NCBI RefSeq assembly: GCF_009914755.1
Contig: NC_060925.1
Strand: one strand, 5' to 3'
Length of the DNA stretch: 64,000 nucleotides
Origin: the human T2T-CHM13v2.0 reference genome, Homo sapiens
In this document: positions 38,268 through 59,459 of the stretch, one piece after another
How positions within the stretch are numbered: the first letter of the stretch is position 1
Layout: each line of letters opens with the position of its first letter
Translations under genes and position numbers: made by a program
The notes under the pieces: generated by a model
Seen by the model: only the letters and a program-made list of their open reading frames with translations
Databases searched by the model: none
What the model was told of the DNA's origin: nothing

Positions 38268-39869
38268 AAAATGCCCACATTCTTGCTATCGTGGTGTCAT
38301 GATTTGAAGATAAGATCAAGCAGTAGAAAGTTGACGTCCCCCTCCAGTGAACTCTCAAAATAGACCTTTAACCGAAGCTGTGAGACTCTGGCTCCTTTCT
38401 GATAATGACAGACCTTAATCACCGTAGTAGTTTTAAAAATTTTAGGGTAGCAAGCACCACCAATATCTTTGTTCAGGTCTAACTACTTATTTAGAAGAGA
38501 AGTTTTCTGCAGTCGGAGTCATTCACCCTGGGAGTTGTGGCACTCTTTGGTTCACCTTCACCCCAGCATGACAGAGCAGGCGGCAACCTGGAACATTCAC
38601 TGGGGGATGGAGTTTGGCTGTGTTTATAAGCAACACCTGTGTTTATCTGTGACTCGAGGTGCCAGATACCCCTTGGTCAAAAATAGCAAAGCTTCCACCA
38701 ATATGCTAGTCATTTCTGATGACGGCTTATAGTATTGTTTTGTTTTCCAAAGAATCCTTTTTTCTCCATCTTTCTACATTTATTTTGATTTGAATAGAAT
38801 TAGGAATGTTTAGAATCAGTAATTCTAGGGCTGAATTTCTAAACCTAAGTGAAAGAAATAACAATTTAAAAATGATAATCCTCTTAATGTATTACAGAGA
38901 AAGACTCCTTTCTTCTTTATCCTTATTTTTTCTTTCTTTCTTCCCCCACATCCCCTGCCACAAAGCAATCATGCCCATGCTTTTGGGGACATAACAGCTC
39001 TCACCCATCTTGAGAAACAGAAACATTGAAATGTGTCACTATTGTGATTTCAGTTCATGGTTTACTTTGGACCTTGAGCTCATTAGGGAAACATTTGACA
39101 TCTCAACTCCAATTATTTAGTAGTCACCAAGCTGCAAAGGCCACACATAACTGCCTGCAACTGGTTATAATTGGAGAGGATCTGAAGAACGATAGCAGAG
39201 AACTGCATTTCTCTTAATCTCCAAAGACAACAGTACCTCAGGTCATGGTTCCTTTCCAAAGTATACTGAAAGGCTGGAAAACAATAGAAGTCCTTTCAGA
39301 TTAGAAGCAACCAAAACATTTCTGCAGATTGGAAATATTATAAAGTCATCCCAGGAAAGTCTTATAGACCTACATGTGTTTCTCTCTCTCTCACTTGCTC
39401 TAACTTTGTGTATAAAAGCATTCTTAGTTTTTTTCTGGAAAGATTCATTTAGTGAATAGCTGCCTGGTTCTTCCTCCCCTTTGTTCTTCTCTGTCTTCCT
39501 TGTCCATAACCCAGTCTTAATTCCAAGTCAGCCTGCCAAGGCATTTCATTGCCAAAGGAAAATATTTGTTTCACAAGAGCTCTGTTTGTGAAAAGAAACC
39601 ACTTCCTCATGTATAATATTTCCTTGAAAACGATTTTTCTCTTATAGTGTTTTGTAGTTGAATCTTCCTGGAGGCTTTATTTTACAAACACCTTCTTTGC
39701 TTTCATGGAGGAATCTTCGTGGTTTCTATGGGTTTGAGGAAGAGGGTAGAGTTTATTTAAAGACAATTAGTTTTTCATTTTAAATATCAATTCCTAAAAA
39801 AATTAAAAAGCTATTCACAACTAATTATTTTGTACTTCTTTCTCTCTCTGCCTTTTTTCTTCCAGTATA

Positions 39870-40490
39870 GATGCACTTCCTTTTCTTTTAACACTATAAC
39901 TTAAGAATGTCCTTTTTTATTTTTTTGAAAGGAAAGTGTAAGGAACTCATGTACCTCTCACTCTACTTCCACAGTTACCCCCATTTGACCACTGTTGTTT
40001 AATCTCCTCATTGTTAAACCATGAGAATATTATAATGTAATAGCTATAACACCATTTACATAACTCATCTTCTATTGTTGGATATCAGATTATTTCTAAT
40101 TTTGCAATATTAGGACAAAGGCTGTCAATTTTATTACATGCTTTGCACCCTCACATTTATGTTGATTTCCTTGAGGCCAAAGACTATTTTATATACTCTT
40201 GACATGTATCGCTAAATTACTTTCCAAAAGCCTTGTGCCAGTTTATACTCCCAATCACAATTTTATTTTATGTAATTAAAAAGTTATAGGTTAAAGACTA
40301 TTTCTCTTTGGTTTATTTGATATTTCTTTTATTAATAAAAACTCTGAACAGCTTTCCTTAGTTTCCATTGCAGTTGAACTTTTTTGTTTTGGTGGTAAGT
40401 TTTTTGCTCATCTACCTATTGGGTCCTTAGTATTTTTCAAGTTGTATATATGACATCTCTGGTTAATAAGGGTATTAACCATTTGAGAGT
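39870..40490 (-). mobile_element. Old L1ME-like fragment
   Basis: taaattactttccaaaag..gccagtttatactccca..tttgctcatctacctattggg..ggtattaacc. Confidence 0.55.
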
Positions 40491-40720
40491 GGTAGATTTT
40501 AAAGGACAAAACTATACAAAATGCTTACTTGTTTAGTGAAGAGCTAATATTAAGACATTTTCAGTCTGTAAAGAATTGACTTGTCATGGTTTGATCAGAC
40601 CTGCGAAGACACGGTAGGTGATTTCATGGCCTCAGTCATGTTCTTAGATGAAATATTGTTTAAGATCATTGACAGATCCTTTTTTTGTTGACATTGGGAG
40701 GTAGATGTATGAGAAAATTA

Positions 40721-41877
40721 ATTGATTGGTTATCAATCAATCAATCTATTGAGATACATTTATGAAGGACTTAAGATAAAAATGCCTGTGAGAAAACTTA
40801 GTTTTAATTATTTTACTCCTGTACATATAATTTTAAAGAGATATTGCCATTAATGAACAAACTTAGAGAAAACTGTATTGAGAAATTTAACCCACCAAAT
40901 TTGGAATTGTTGTTAAAATGCATTTTAAATAATGAGTTTTCCAAATAACTACTCTTTATTTTTTCATATTCTTTTTAAATATAGAGTGGACCAGGAGGAG
41001 TTTTCAGAGGAGTCTGTGATAGGCGCTTTGTGACTCCAGGACACGTTGAGGTATGAGCTATGCTATTATGCCTGGAACCAGTCCTGGATCTGTCCTTGAT
41101 ATTTAGGTGATTGTTTGCCCACAAATATGCAATTTTTGTTTATAAATGAAAAATATATCTTTAGCTGCGACTTCTGCCTCATTTTGCCCCTGACTCTAAG
41201 AAAGAAGAACAACAAATAGAACTTGAAGGAAGAAAAGGTGACAGAAAATGTACTCTGAAATTGTACGTGTGGTTGGCACCATGAGGGGTTGCCCTGTAAG
41301 TCTGAAAAGGCTAGTGTTATTGTGCAGAGGTGTGGCTGTGCTGAGGACAAGCTATTGCATATGCTGTGGAATGTGAAAATCTGTCTGACAATGCTGTGTG
41401 CATTAATGTATTCAATGGCCACTTCCATCAGCTTTGAGAAGAACCAGGCCCAATAAATTCAAATGTATATTTTAAAAGTACCAAGACTATAAACACTACT
41501 AGCCTTTCCCTTCTCCATCCTGAAATATCAAATATACCTGTTCTTCTTCTGCATGATCTGGTTCATCAAGACTTGCTAGATGATTATAGTTAATTGGTTA
41601 AACAGAATTGTAGAATGATATTAATGGCTTATAATTACCTAATGCGATACACCCCCATCTTCACACAATAACATAGCAGTTTTAACAAAAGTCTTTGATG
41701 CCAAACTATGGCCCCTGGTGGAAATCTGTGAAGCAACGATTTCCTCATTATTAACCAATCAATCAATCTATCTATTGAGATAAATTTGTGAATGACTTAA
41801 GCTAAAAATGCCTGTGAAAAACTTAGTTTTAACTCTTTTACTCCAGTACACATAATTTTAAAAAGACATTGCCATTA
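40721..41877 (+). repeat. Dispersed ~120-bp direct duplication (40734-40852 and 41756-41877)
   Basis: About 90% identity: caatcaatcaatctattgagata..aaaaatgcctgtga..cttagttttaa..attgccatta. Confidence 0.93.
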
Positions 41878-41974
41878 GTTTACATTAAAATGGAAATAGT
41901 TATTCTCTCTTTAATTCCAGGCTAGTTTTCTTTCTACAGGAAAAGTAGATTTTTTATTGAAGTGGAAAAAATTC

Positions 41975-42125
41975 TGCCCTATCTAACAATGTAATCTAGG
42001 CATCACATTCTCAGAGCCTCAGTTTACCTATCTGTAGAAAAGTATCAATGGTACCTTTAATTGAGGATTGTTTGAGAGTTAATAAAGACAGTATGGGTGA
42101 TTAAACTCATCTACAATTTAATAGG
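41975..42125 (+). mobile_element. MIR
   Basis: ctcagagcctcagtttacctatctgtagaa..gattgtttgagagttaa. Confidence 0.7.
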
Positions 42126-42674
42126 CTACTGTGACATAATTGATGATCAAGCTGGAATGTGAGAATTGCAATTTAGAAAAGAACAAGAATTGAGAAATTC
42201 TGACACATTCATTTTTTTTCACTATTTGTTTGTTAGAAACAGTTATATTAAAGGTGATTAAAAACCATAAGGCTAGTTTTGTTAAATATACTTGGTTGAT
42301 GACCTCTAAAAGGAACATTTGCTTAGTTCAAATAATTGGAAGAATAAGCTTTTAGGGGGCTGCATTACTTGTATTCTATTCATTGAAATATGGTGGAGTG
42401 ACTTCTAGTATCTGCGTGTCAGGAGAACCGATGTATTAACAAATTCCAGGGGCAGCTGTGAAGACGAAAGCTGTCAGTAACTTCTCATTAAATTCCAAGC
42501 TTCGGCCTAGCATGGAGAATGTGCTAGTCTCTGTGATGGATGATCTTTTTCAAATGCTGCATGGAAATGGCTTTCTATTGTGAGTGGTTAATCTTACTGA
42601 ATTCAAATCAAGACTTTCTCAGAATTTTGTTGTATATCCTTTTAGTTTTGAAATCTGGGATATTTAAGACTCAA

Positions 42675-44410
42675 TTTTTTTATTTTTATTTTTGAAAGTG
42701 TTCTTTTTGATTGGAACAATAATTGTACATATTTAAGGGGTACAACGTGTTGTTTTGATACTTGTATACATTGAGTAATGAGCAAATCAAGGTAATTAGC
42801 ATATCTATCACATTAAACATTTATCATTTCTTTGTGGTGAAATCATTCAAAATCCTCTCTTCTAGCTATTTTGAAGTGTATCATACATTATTGTTAACAT
42901 GCAGGATAGTCATCCTACAGTGCAACAGAACACCAGAACTTGTTCTTCCTATTTAATTGTAACATAATAGCCACTGACCAACCTGTTCACATCTGTCCAT
43001 TCCCCCCTACCCTCCACAGCCTCTAGTAGCTACTATTCTACCCTCACTTTCTATGTGATCAACGTTTTTATTTTCCTCATATGAGTTAGAGCAAGAGATA
43101 TTTGTCGTTCTGTGCCTGTCTTATTCGCTTAGTATAATGCCCTCCAGGTTCATACATGTCACAAATGACAGGATTTTATTCTTTTTTATGGCTGAGTAGT
43201 ATTTCATTGTATATATATATATCACATTTTCTTTATGTATTTATCTGTTGATAGACACAGATAGTTGATTCCATATCTTGGCTATTGTGAATAGTTCTTC
43301 AATAAACATGGGAGGGCAGATGTCTCTTTAACATACTGATTTCATTTCCTTTGGATATACACCCAGTAGTGAGATTGCTGGATCATATGGTAGTTTTATT
43401 TTCAATTTTTTGAGGAATCTCTATAATGATTTTCACAGTGGCTATACTAATTTACATTGTCACTGACAGTGGGTTTCCTTTTGTCCACATTCACATCAAG
43501 ACTTTTCATCTTTTGTGTTTTTGGTAATAGCCATTTTAACTGGAGGGTGGTGGTATCTCATTGGGGTTTAATCTGCATTTCTCTGATGACTAGTGATGTT
43601 GAGTATTTATTCATAAACGTATTGGTCATGTGTATGTCTTCTTTTAATAAGTGTCTATTCAGGTTTGTTGACCATTTTTTAATTAGGTTGTTTTTGTGAT
43701 TGAGGTGTTTGAGCTCCTTATGTATTTTGGATATTAGCCCCTTGTCAGATGTATAGTTTGCAAATACGTTCTTCCATTCTGTAGGTTGTCTCTTTTCTCT
43801 GTTGATAATTTCCTTTGCTGTGCAGAAATTTCTTAGTTTGATATAGTCCTATTTGTTTATTTTTGCTTTTGTTGCTTGTGCTTTTGAGGTCGTATCCAAA
43901 AAAAATCTTTGCCCAGACCAAGGTCATGAACATTTCCCCCTGTTTTATTCCAGTAGTTTTATTGTTTAGAGTTTAGGTCTTTAACCTATTTTGACTTGAT
44001 TTTTGTAAGTGGTGAAAGATAAAGGTCTAATTTCATATTTCTGCATGTGAACATCTAGTTTTCCCAAAACCATTTATTGAATAGACTGTTTTCCCTAATG
44101 TGTGTTCTTGGCACCTTTGCTAATAATCATTTGGCTGTATGCAAATTTATTTCTGGACTCTCTATTCTGTTCCATCGGTCTATATATCTGCTTTTATGCC
44201 AGTATGATGTTGTTTTGGTTGTTATAGATTTGTATATATTTTGAAGTCAGGTAACGTGATTCTTCATTCTTTTTTTTCAAGACTCCTTTGGTTTTCCAGA
44301 TCTTTTATGGTTTCATACACATTTTAGGATTGTTTTTTCTATTTTTGTGAAGAATGTCACTGGTATTTTTATAGAGATTGCTTTGAATTTGTAGATCACT
44401 TTGGGTAGTA
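42675..44410 (-). mobile_element. L1MA (L1MA4/5-like), 3' ~1.7 kb
   Basis: Poly-T then aattgtacatatttaaggggtac..cattcaaaatcctctcttctagctattttg; antisense ORF2 3' region. Confidence 0.88.
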
Positions 44411-45183
44411 TAGTTAGTATTCGATTTTTAAAAATCATACCCAAGGCCATTCAGTGGCTAAATTTTATCACTGAAAGTGAAAGTTTTTGCACTGAAATCT
44501 GTTGTGTCCAAAGCCCCCAGTCTTTAACCACTATGATTTTCTACCCATCACTAAATTTCATTACTTTTGGGGTCATCTCTAGTAAGTCTTATCATTTTAT
44601 CCATCTACTTTAGGCCAATATTATCCATAATACTATTACTATTATGGAAGGAGGTGTTTTTATATGATGGTATTGTCTCATTTTGCAAAAAAAAATATTA
44701 ATGTGATTTAAGATGAGGTCTCACTACCAGATCATTGAATCTATTTTGAGGACAGAAATATTTTTTATCAACATTTGAAATAATGCATAAAATGAGTAGA
44801 AAGTTAATTAGCATTTATTTCACTTTACATGATCATTGTAGGTGTGCACCTCTTTAGCCGTTTTGGTTAACTTTGGCATTAAAACAATCTCTGAGAAAAG
44901 TTTGACCTTTCAGAGAGATGGTCGTCTTTCAAAATTGCATCAGTGGGATATTCTCAGGTAGGATTATGCAGGAGTTCTTCTGTTATGGCAATGCTTTAAT
45001 GAATGTAAAACCTTTCAGATGCTGGATGACTTGCTGTGTCTGATTCTCTTCACCAGGTTGACAGAGTCAGGATTTTTGCCTTTTAATGAAATGAGTTATC
45101 TCTTGGGTCCTTTGAAACCTAATTGGCAGAAGGGCTGGGTACAACCCTGATAGGGAGTGCCTTTCATAGAAGGATTTTTTTTT

Positions 45184-45401
45184 TCCAGCCTTAAAAGCTA
45201 AAAAGAAGCTTTGTGCCAAAAACCTTTATGATGTGCAGTTTTCTATCACTAAAATGACCCCGTGTTTTAATTCAACAGGTTTTAAACACACATTTCTTAG
45301 AAGCTAAGAAGGGACATTTCAGAGTTTATTGGGACCTTTCAGAATTATGAAAATATCCAGCCCTAAGTGCTAAAAACAAGCTTTGTGCCAAAAAGCTTTA
45401 T
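45184..45401 (+). repeat. 46-bp direct duplication, offset 172
   Basis: 45184-45229 vs 45356-45401, 41/46 identical. Confidence 0.9.
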
Positions 45402-45411
45402 TTTGTCTTGA

Positions 45412-52290
<6,879 letters not shown>

Positions 52291-52449
52291 AGCAGATGGA
52301 TTCTTAGCAAAAACCTAGAGGTCAGCTTTTTCCTTATAGAGTGCAGTGGATCTTAGGGTGTTCTGGATAATATCTGCCTAAAGTAGACGGATAAAATGAT
52401 AAGACTTACTAGAGATGATCTCACAAGTCTTGAAATTTAGTAATGGGTA

Positions 52450-52690
52450 GAAAAGCATAGTGATTAAAGACTGGGAACTTTGGACTTAACATATTTCAGT
52501 GCAAATTTTACCTCTATCCCTCAGCCACTGAATGGCTTTGGGCAAATGGCTTATCACTCTCCATCTTTGTTTTCATGTCTATAAAATAGAAATCCAATTC
52601 CTATCTCTGAGTGTTTTTAGGATTAAATGAGTTAATATAGATGAAGCACGTAGTAGAAACCCAGACTCTATTGGCCTGCAATAAATGGAA
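52450..52690 (+). mobile_element. MIR
   Basis: gcatagtgattaaaga..tttgggcaaatggctt..ctataaaatag..aggattaaatgagttaata. Confidence 0.75.
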
Positions 52691-53611
52691 GTTTCCCTAG
52701 GTAAACCTTTCCCCTCATTTAATAATCTGCTTCACTTTCCCCACCATTATGAGCTGCCAGAACGAATGCTATTTGGGGTATAATAGAAAATCTTTCTCAG
52801 ATTTTTCTCCCACAGAGAACAAAGAATATAGCAAAAGGACCTCTATTCTTGGGCCATCATTATTCTCAGTGTCTGACTGACGTGGAGCAAATGCATGGCC
52901 ATATTTGAATGCCCCGCTATTTCCTACAGCAGCAGTCAAGGTCAGAATGATACTATTGGCCATCAAAAAATATAATCTGTTGGATCTTGAAAGGCTTTAA
53001 CTAGAAATTCTTCCCCTTCTCATATGCACCATCGTAAAGGCCAGTCTCAAAGCTTTTTAGTTTCTCTTTAGACTTTTATTTTTGGTCCTACATACTGTTA
53101 GTGTGCATTGCCTTGAACTATTTGAAGTTCATTGTTTACTTTCTTCTTCTTTGGAGTGTATTTCAAGCATGTTATTCTTCATGGTCTTTTGTTAAACCTC
53201 TCAGAGGCCTTCAGGCTCTAAGACAACAATGAATTAAAAGTTAATGTGTTATTATTTTTCCCTTGCTTTAATTCCATCTTATATTTGAGATGGCTTAACC
53301 CAGGAGTGCCAAAGCTTTCAAATACCTGACTCTAAACCTGACACAACACTTTAAATTCCTCTCAGAATTTACAAAGACTCATAAATGAACCAGTGGAATG
53401 ATTTTCCCAATGTTACAGAGTCTGAAACATAAAGCTTTAACCTGTGAATAGCTATGTAGGAGAAACACAGGCAGAATGGTAAATGGTGAATTTTCCTGGC
53501 ACAATAATTCCATGTGAAAAATGATGGCTTCTCCTAGATTACTTGTGTAGATTACTTTTCAGTAAACTTTAACTTCTTTATCTTTCCTGCTTAAGAAATA
53601 ATGACTAAATA

Positions 53612-54339
53612 TGAAACCACCTTTGCAAAATTATGACAGCAAGAGAAATCTGACACAGTTGACTCCATCTTGCTTCTAAGCTTCATGCTGTCCTTGTTCA
53701 ATCCTGGAGATAGGCTAAGCTAATTTAGGGAGGAATTTAGTTTATAGTTTAACCTTAAAGCATGGACAATAATAGCTCTTTCCCAAACTAGACCACCTTT
53801 GTAAAACTAATGAAAGGCCACAAAGTTATAAGAGGGCTCTGAATTCTGATAAGATGTAGGCAAATTTTCTATAATTCCTTACTGCTCAGGAGTCATGTAG
53901 CCAGAGGTGACAGGATTTGTGACTTCCTCAGTTGCTCCTATGGATAACATCACCATTGTAGAACCTAAGCTTGATCTTATGAGATTTTTTCAGACATTTT
54001 TACAACAGACTGGCCCTGCCAGGACCTGTGACTCATGATACAACTGGTCCTGTGGCCCTACCCAGAGGCAGCCTCAATGCATGAGGACCATTTTCCACAC
54101 CCTATGATTTCATCCCCAACCAATCAGCAGCACCCATTCCCTAGTCTCCCAGTCATCAAATTGTCCATGCAAACCCTAACCTCTGAGCTTTTAGGGAGGC
54201 TGATGTGAGTGATAACTCCAGTTTTTCCCATGTGGGCTGGCCTCTCATCAGTTAAATTCTTTCTCGACTACAATGCCATGGTCTCAGTGAATTCATTTTG
54301 TCTGTGCAGCAGGCAGGAAAAACCTGTTAGATGATTACA
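53612..54339 (+). mobile_element. ERV1 solo LTR (LTR8A-like), 728 bp
   Basis: tgaaaccacctttgcaaaattatgac..gactccatcttgcttc..ctgtgcagcaggcagg..gattaca; TG..CA termini, flanks aata/aatt. Confidence 0.88.
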
Positions 54340-57129
54340 AATTTTCTTTCTTTATTATTTATCTCCATCTACACATGACACTAAAAAATCACCAATTTAA
54401 ATGAATTATTAAAAATCATGATTATTCCCCCCCCAGGCTATATATAGATAGGAGCCAAACCACCTGTGTTGAAGAGACACCTAAACTCAGTATGGTACAG
54501 TATGCTAGGTACAGTCAGAGCAGAAACAGTATAGCTCAACCCTAAACTATTTATTACTTTTTAAAAATTTTTGTCTAGATTTTAATTTAATGCCCTTAAT
54601 TTTCTAAATCTTGACTTAGTTTCTTGGATGGTACGTCCTAATTATTGATCAATTACATCTTTAAATTCAATTTTTCCAAACTTGTGCCTGAAATGTATTG
54701 ATAGCTTTATGCTATGATATTACACATTGATGAAAGGGACAATAACACCCAGAGTGTCTAGTTACCACAATGGTCCTGGCAATGCAGAGATTACACACTT
54801 GGCTATGAGCTGAAAGCACACCTTTTGCATATCACTTGAGCTGATGGATATTTTGATTTCATACTCAGGACTGTCAGCCTGAAATTTTGATCATAAGTAC
54901 CAGAAGGAGTTTCAAAATTACCTTGATAAAATTCTTAGACACTGCTAGATAAAGTACATTATTGTGTTCAGTGCAATGCATTTTACTAAACAGTCTACAT
55001 TTACAACATTGAATATTTTACAACAAAATAAGTGTAAGTTATGAATAAATCAATTTCATGTCAGAACAGTTTATATTACAGAAAGTTGCTCCAACCTGAA
55101 GTACTTAGCATGTTTGCATTTTAGAGCTTTCAATTCGACTGGAAAATAGTTCAGTGTTTTAGATAATTAATATGATGCCCTACAAAATAGGTAAAGGTAT
55201 TTTTAAAGTTAAAAAAAAAAACTCAGAAAAAAAAATTGGAAGAGAATTTGTTGTGATTATGGAGGAGGTTGGAAGACTAGAATTAAAACAAAACTGCCCT
55301 AATTGTAACTGCTGTGTTTGTGATGGGTGTAAGACAACAGTGATGAATTATTTCCTCTCTTCTAGAACTGGCTGCCTGCTTCCTCCCATGATTTCCAGAT
55401 ATAGACCAAAATGTACTAATGATGCTTCTTTGCTGTATTATATAACTGTTGACCTACAATCCGTCTTGCAAAGGGGTTTCTAAAGGCTTATAAATCACAA
55501 TAGCCATTTACAATAATCAGCATAGGATAATTAATTATTCATTCACCTAATTGCTTACATTAAATGCCCCCTTCCTAGATGTCTAGGTCTTTCTTGATAA
55601 GGAAATCTAAGTGGTATTTTTTCTTAAATCTTATATAATCAAGTACTGGTGTAGGCAGAGTCAGTGGCCTGGAAACCAAGATTCTTAACAAATAAATTTA
55701 CAAATAATGGATAGTTTTGGTTAGGTTGTTTTAGAAAGCAAAGAAAGGAGAGAGTGACCCTTGAAAACTGATCACTAAATAATTGTCTTGTGTAATCTCA
55801 TGAAGAGTTTAGAAAACAACTTTGTGCTCTAATAGTTGTTCACAAAAGATTATTAATTGAACTGCTATTTTTTTCCTCAATGGTTATATATTGCACTTTT
55901 CGTTATAAGTGAAATAAAACACTTAAAGACACACATTGGATAAAAAGCATTACTCTCAGCTTTTGCAACACTCTCTGATTTATTTGAGACCGTGTCCTCT
56001 ATCCTGTGTCTGGTCATTTGAGATCTGCCAGGTAAGTAAATGAACAGACTGAGCATAAACGTGTAAAGCTTTCTGTAATTTTGAAAACAATGAAACTGTA
56101 GAAGACAATAGAACTTGCAGCAGTAACAGTGAAATGGCTTACTAAAGTGAATTACTGGGTTGCACCAGATTTCATCTAGCTCTTTAACATATGTTTATCT
56201 ATCCAACTATCTATTTATCTATCTAATGTGTGTGTTTACACACAATACATAAATGTTATGCAAAAAGTATATAGAAGCAGATGTCACACAAAGATTAAGT
56301 GTTATTTTTTATATGTCTCTAAAGTCTGTGTCTCAAATTAATACAATGGATTGTCAGATTTTTCCATTGTTCCACTTCAAAGCATGCAATTATATTGCCT
56401 TAATTGGAAGCACTGATGTGTTTTCACCAAGGATGTTTATTTGTATTCTGACTACTGAGATATAAATATGGGACTATTTGCTATTTTTAGTTTTCTACTA
56501 ACATGGATTTTTTTTAAAACAACTTTTTATCTTTATAAACAGACACATTGAGTTTATCGTCAGTTCAAAACTCTGAATTTATGGTCAATCTTAAAATCTT
56601 ACTAGTTTTTGTACTGAAATGGATCTTTATTCAAGAGGCCTGATAATACATAGCAGAAAGTATAACAGACAAATCCAGGGACTTGCTGACTTATGTATTA
56701 CCATAAATCCAACTGGCATGTATTTTATCCAACAAGCTTTGGTGTCCATTTGACCAGAAGATCCTTAAATATTTCGTTATCTCTGATCAGTTTGGTCAGC
56801 AAGGATTTAAAATAACTTTTCAATAATCACATGTTGTTAGTGAAAATAGTTTGCTTCAAAACTTTGAGGATATAATCTCTCCACGGATTTTAGTGGAACA
56901 GTATTTTCATCTTGTCAGGTTATATCAGCATCAAATTATACTAATTCTCACCTAATAGGAATTATAGGCTTTTCTTTAACCCTGTGTATGTCATCAAGGC
57001 CCTGTTGACCGAAGCTGCACAGATTCTGCCATTCCTCCCATATCTGCAGTCTCAGTGAGATGAATTAACCTGTTGACTCAAATTGTCTTTGCCATAGACT
57101 GAAGTAAACATAACTTCTGGAAATGCCAT

Positions 57130-57290
57130 TTTTAGCATTGACTAAGATCCAGGTACTATTTTAAGCATTCACATATAGAAACTCATTTAACCTTCACACC
57201 ACACATGATGTGCATATGAATCGTTTCCTCATTTTACAGTTGAAGGAACCCAGACAAATGGAAGTGAAGGTACTATATGCTCTTATAGCG
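57130..57290 (-). mobile_element. MIR
   Basis: ctcatttaaccttcac..ctcattttacagttgaaggaac. Confidence 0.65.
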
Positions 57291-57486
57291 TTGAGGCTAC
57301 TGTTCTTTAATAACAAAAATGTCTTCACAAATAATTAGTATATATCGAGCTTTCATTAGGAGACCATCATAGTGCCAACATTTCATTTGATTTTTCTCAA
57401 TGTCTTTCTTCAAGACCCCTAGCGCTTTCTCTGAATGGGAATTCAGTCCAAAGAGCTCAAAATTGAGACAGTGGTAAAACAATAAC

Positions 57487-57960
57487 TTGTTCGTTCGTTC
57501 ATTCATTCATTCATTCATTCATTCATTTGTTTAACAAATATCCTATTCACTGCACATCTCCTATGCGCAAGGCACTTTCCTAGGCAGAAGGGGTACAAAG
57601 GCCCTCAGGGGCATTAGGTTATATTACACAACCAAATAAATAAGGTCATTACAGATTAGCGTGTGCAGTCAGAAAAAAAAAAAACCCAGCAGAGAACAGG
57701 TTTAAAAATACAAAGAACGTCTTCCTTTAGAGAGGAATAGTTATAAAAAAGCTTTTCTGAGGAGATGACACTTGAAATGAGAACTAAGGAGATGAGTCCT
57801 GTGAAAAGCCAGGAGAAAGATATCAACAGGCACCTGATGAAAGCCAGAGCTTAGACTGTTCCAACTGACAGGAGGCAGTGTGGCTGGAGCAGGGCAGTGG
57901 GTGAGGGCTGCACATCTAAGAGGAGGCTCAAGAGGCTGAAGCAGTCAGATCTTGCCATGG
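57487..57960 (-). mobile_element. L2 3' end with (TTCA)n terminus
   Basis: ttcattcattca..aacaaata..ctatgcgcaaggcact..ctgaggagatgacacttga. Confidence 0.75.
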
Positions 57961-59459
57961 TAGCAGAGGCACCTCCACCCAGTCAACTGCCCTGATGGGC
58001 TCCATCAGCACGACACAACCTCAGAGGTGTTGGCTTCATTTTTTTTTGGTGAAGCACATTCCATGCTAAATTTACTAAATAGATGTTTTATGGTATCCCA
58101 GTAACAGGTATTTTAACTATTCTTTTTCACTGATGGTCCCAATCCTATAACTAAAATGCAGCTGTAATTACTTACCACAAAACAACAAAAATAACAATAA
58201 AAAAAACAGATCCAGAAAAGTTAAGTAACTTGCCCCAGGCTACAAGGTCATGAATGAGGAATAGAGCCTAGGCTTCACCTCAAAGCTTGGAATCTTTCCA
58301 CTATAAGACTCCATCTTAAAAAAAACAAAAACAAAACAATCAAACAAAAAAAAAAACAAAACTGTGGGGTGGAGTGGCAGGTAGAAAGATATTATTGGTG
58401 CACCTTCAATCACACTAGTCTAAGTCTCATCCTTCACTTAGTAGTTCCTCTTCTGATCATGCAAACTGTGAAAGACATGGGCATAGTCTGAGGCTCAGAG
58501 AACGTTTTAAGAATACGACATTGGTCTGTGTGCAATGACATTCCTAATAGACCTAAAGAGCTAAGTGGGGATTTCTACTTGGTTTGAGACTAAAAGGATG
58601 GAAGCTTTGTAGCTCCCCCTTGGTATTAACATAATTCCCCCTTTTTGTATTCAAGTTACATATGCATAGTTTTATTTTTAAAAATAGAGCCTCTGTTTTC
58701 TCTCTCCAGAAATCTGAGCACTGGTATCATATTGTACTTAGTTGTTCCATGGGACAAAATGGATCACAAGTCTGTGAATTCAAATGGTGGCCTATTGCTG
58801 CTTTTTAAATCACTGGGATCCTGAATATTAATTTCACATATGCACAATTTAAACCATAATTAAATTGAACAGCAATCTGATGGAAGGTTCCATCTTGTAG
58901 TACTTAGGCTTTATTCTCAGACTCCTCAGGGACACTATAGTTTTCTTTTTCTGTTCAGCATTCTGCACTTGATATATCTCTTTTGGGTCATATTTTTCCA
59001 TGAAGTTATTTTAATTTAGGAGCATTTTTGTGGAAATAAATTCCTCACATTTGGGCCACTCTAATAGGATAAGAGTTGTGGAGAGGAGTGGAATAGGATG
59101 TACAGTGAGTTTTAAAAAAAACAACAAACAAAAAAACCAGGTTCCTGACTGGTGTAATACTGTGTGACTTTACTTGATTGAGACTTGTTAACCGACTGAC
59201 TCTAATGGAAGAAAAGAGGAAAGCACAAAGAGAGAAAAATTGTGTTCCGTAGTGGTATTTTTCCAGTTTGTCTTTTTTAAACATGTTTTTGTGGAGTCAT
59301 GAGTTGAAAAATTTCTTTGGGCAACTGTAGTTTCTTAGGATCTCCACACAATAACTTTCTCCCCATCAGTCTTGGGGAGTTCTACCAGGTGGAGAGGGTT
59401 CAGGATTTGGGGTAAGCATGTCATTAGAACTTTCCAGTTGCCTAGGATTGGCATAACCT

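Noticed and set aside
41708-41721. CTCF-like ccaccaggggccat (minus strand), also ctagcagggggcag at 34020
   Set aside because: Each has a mismatch at a highly conserved core position and is expected by chance.
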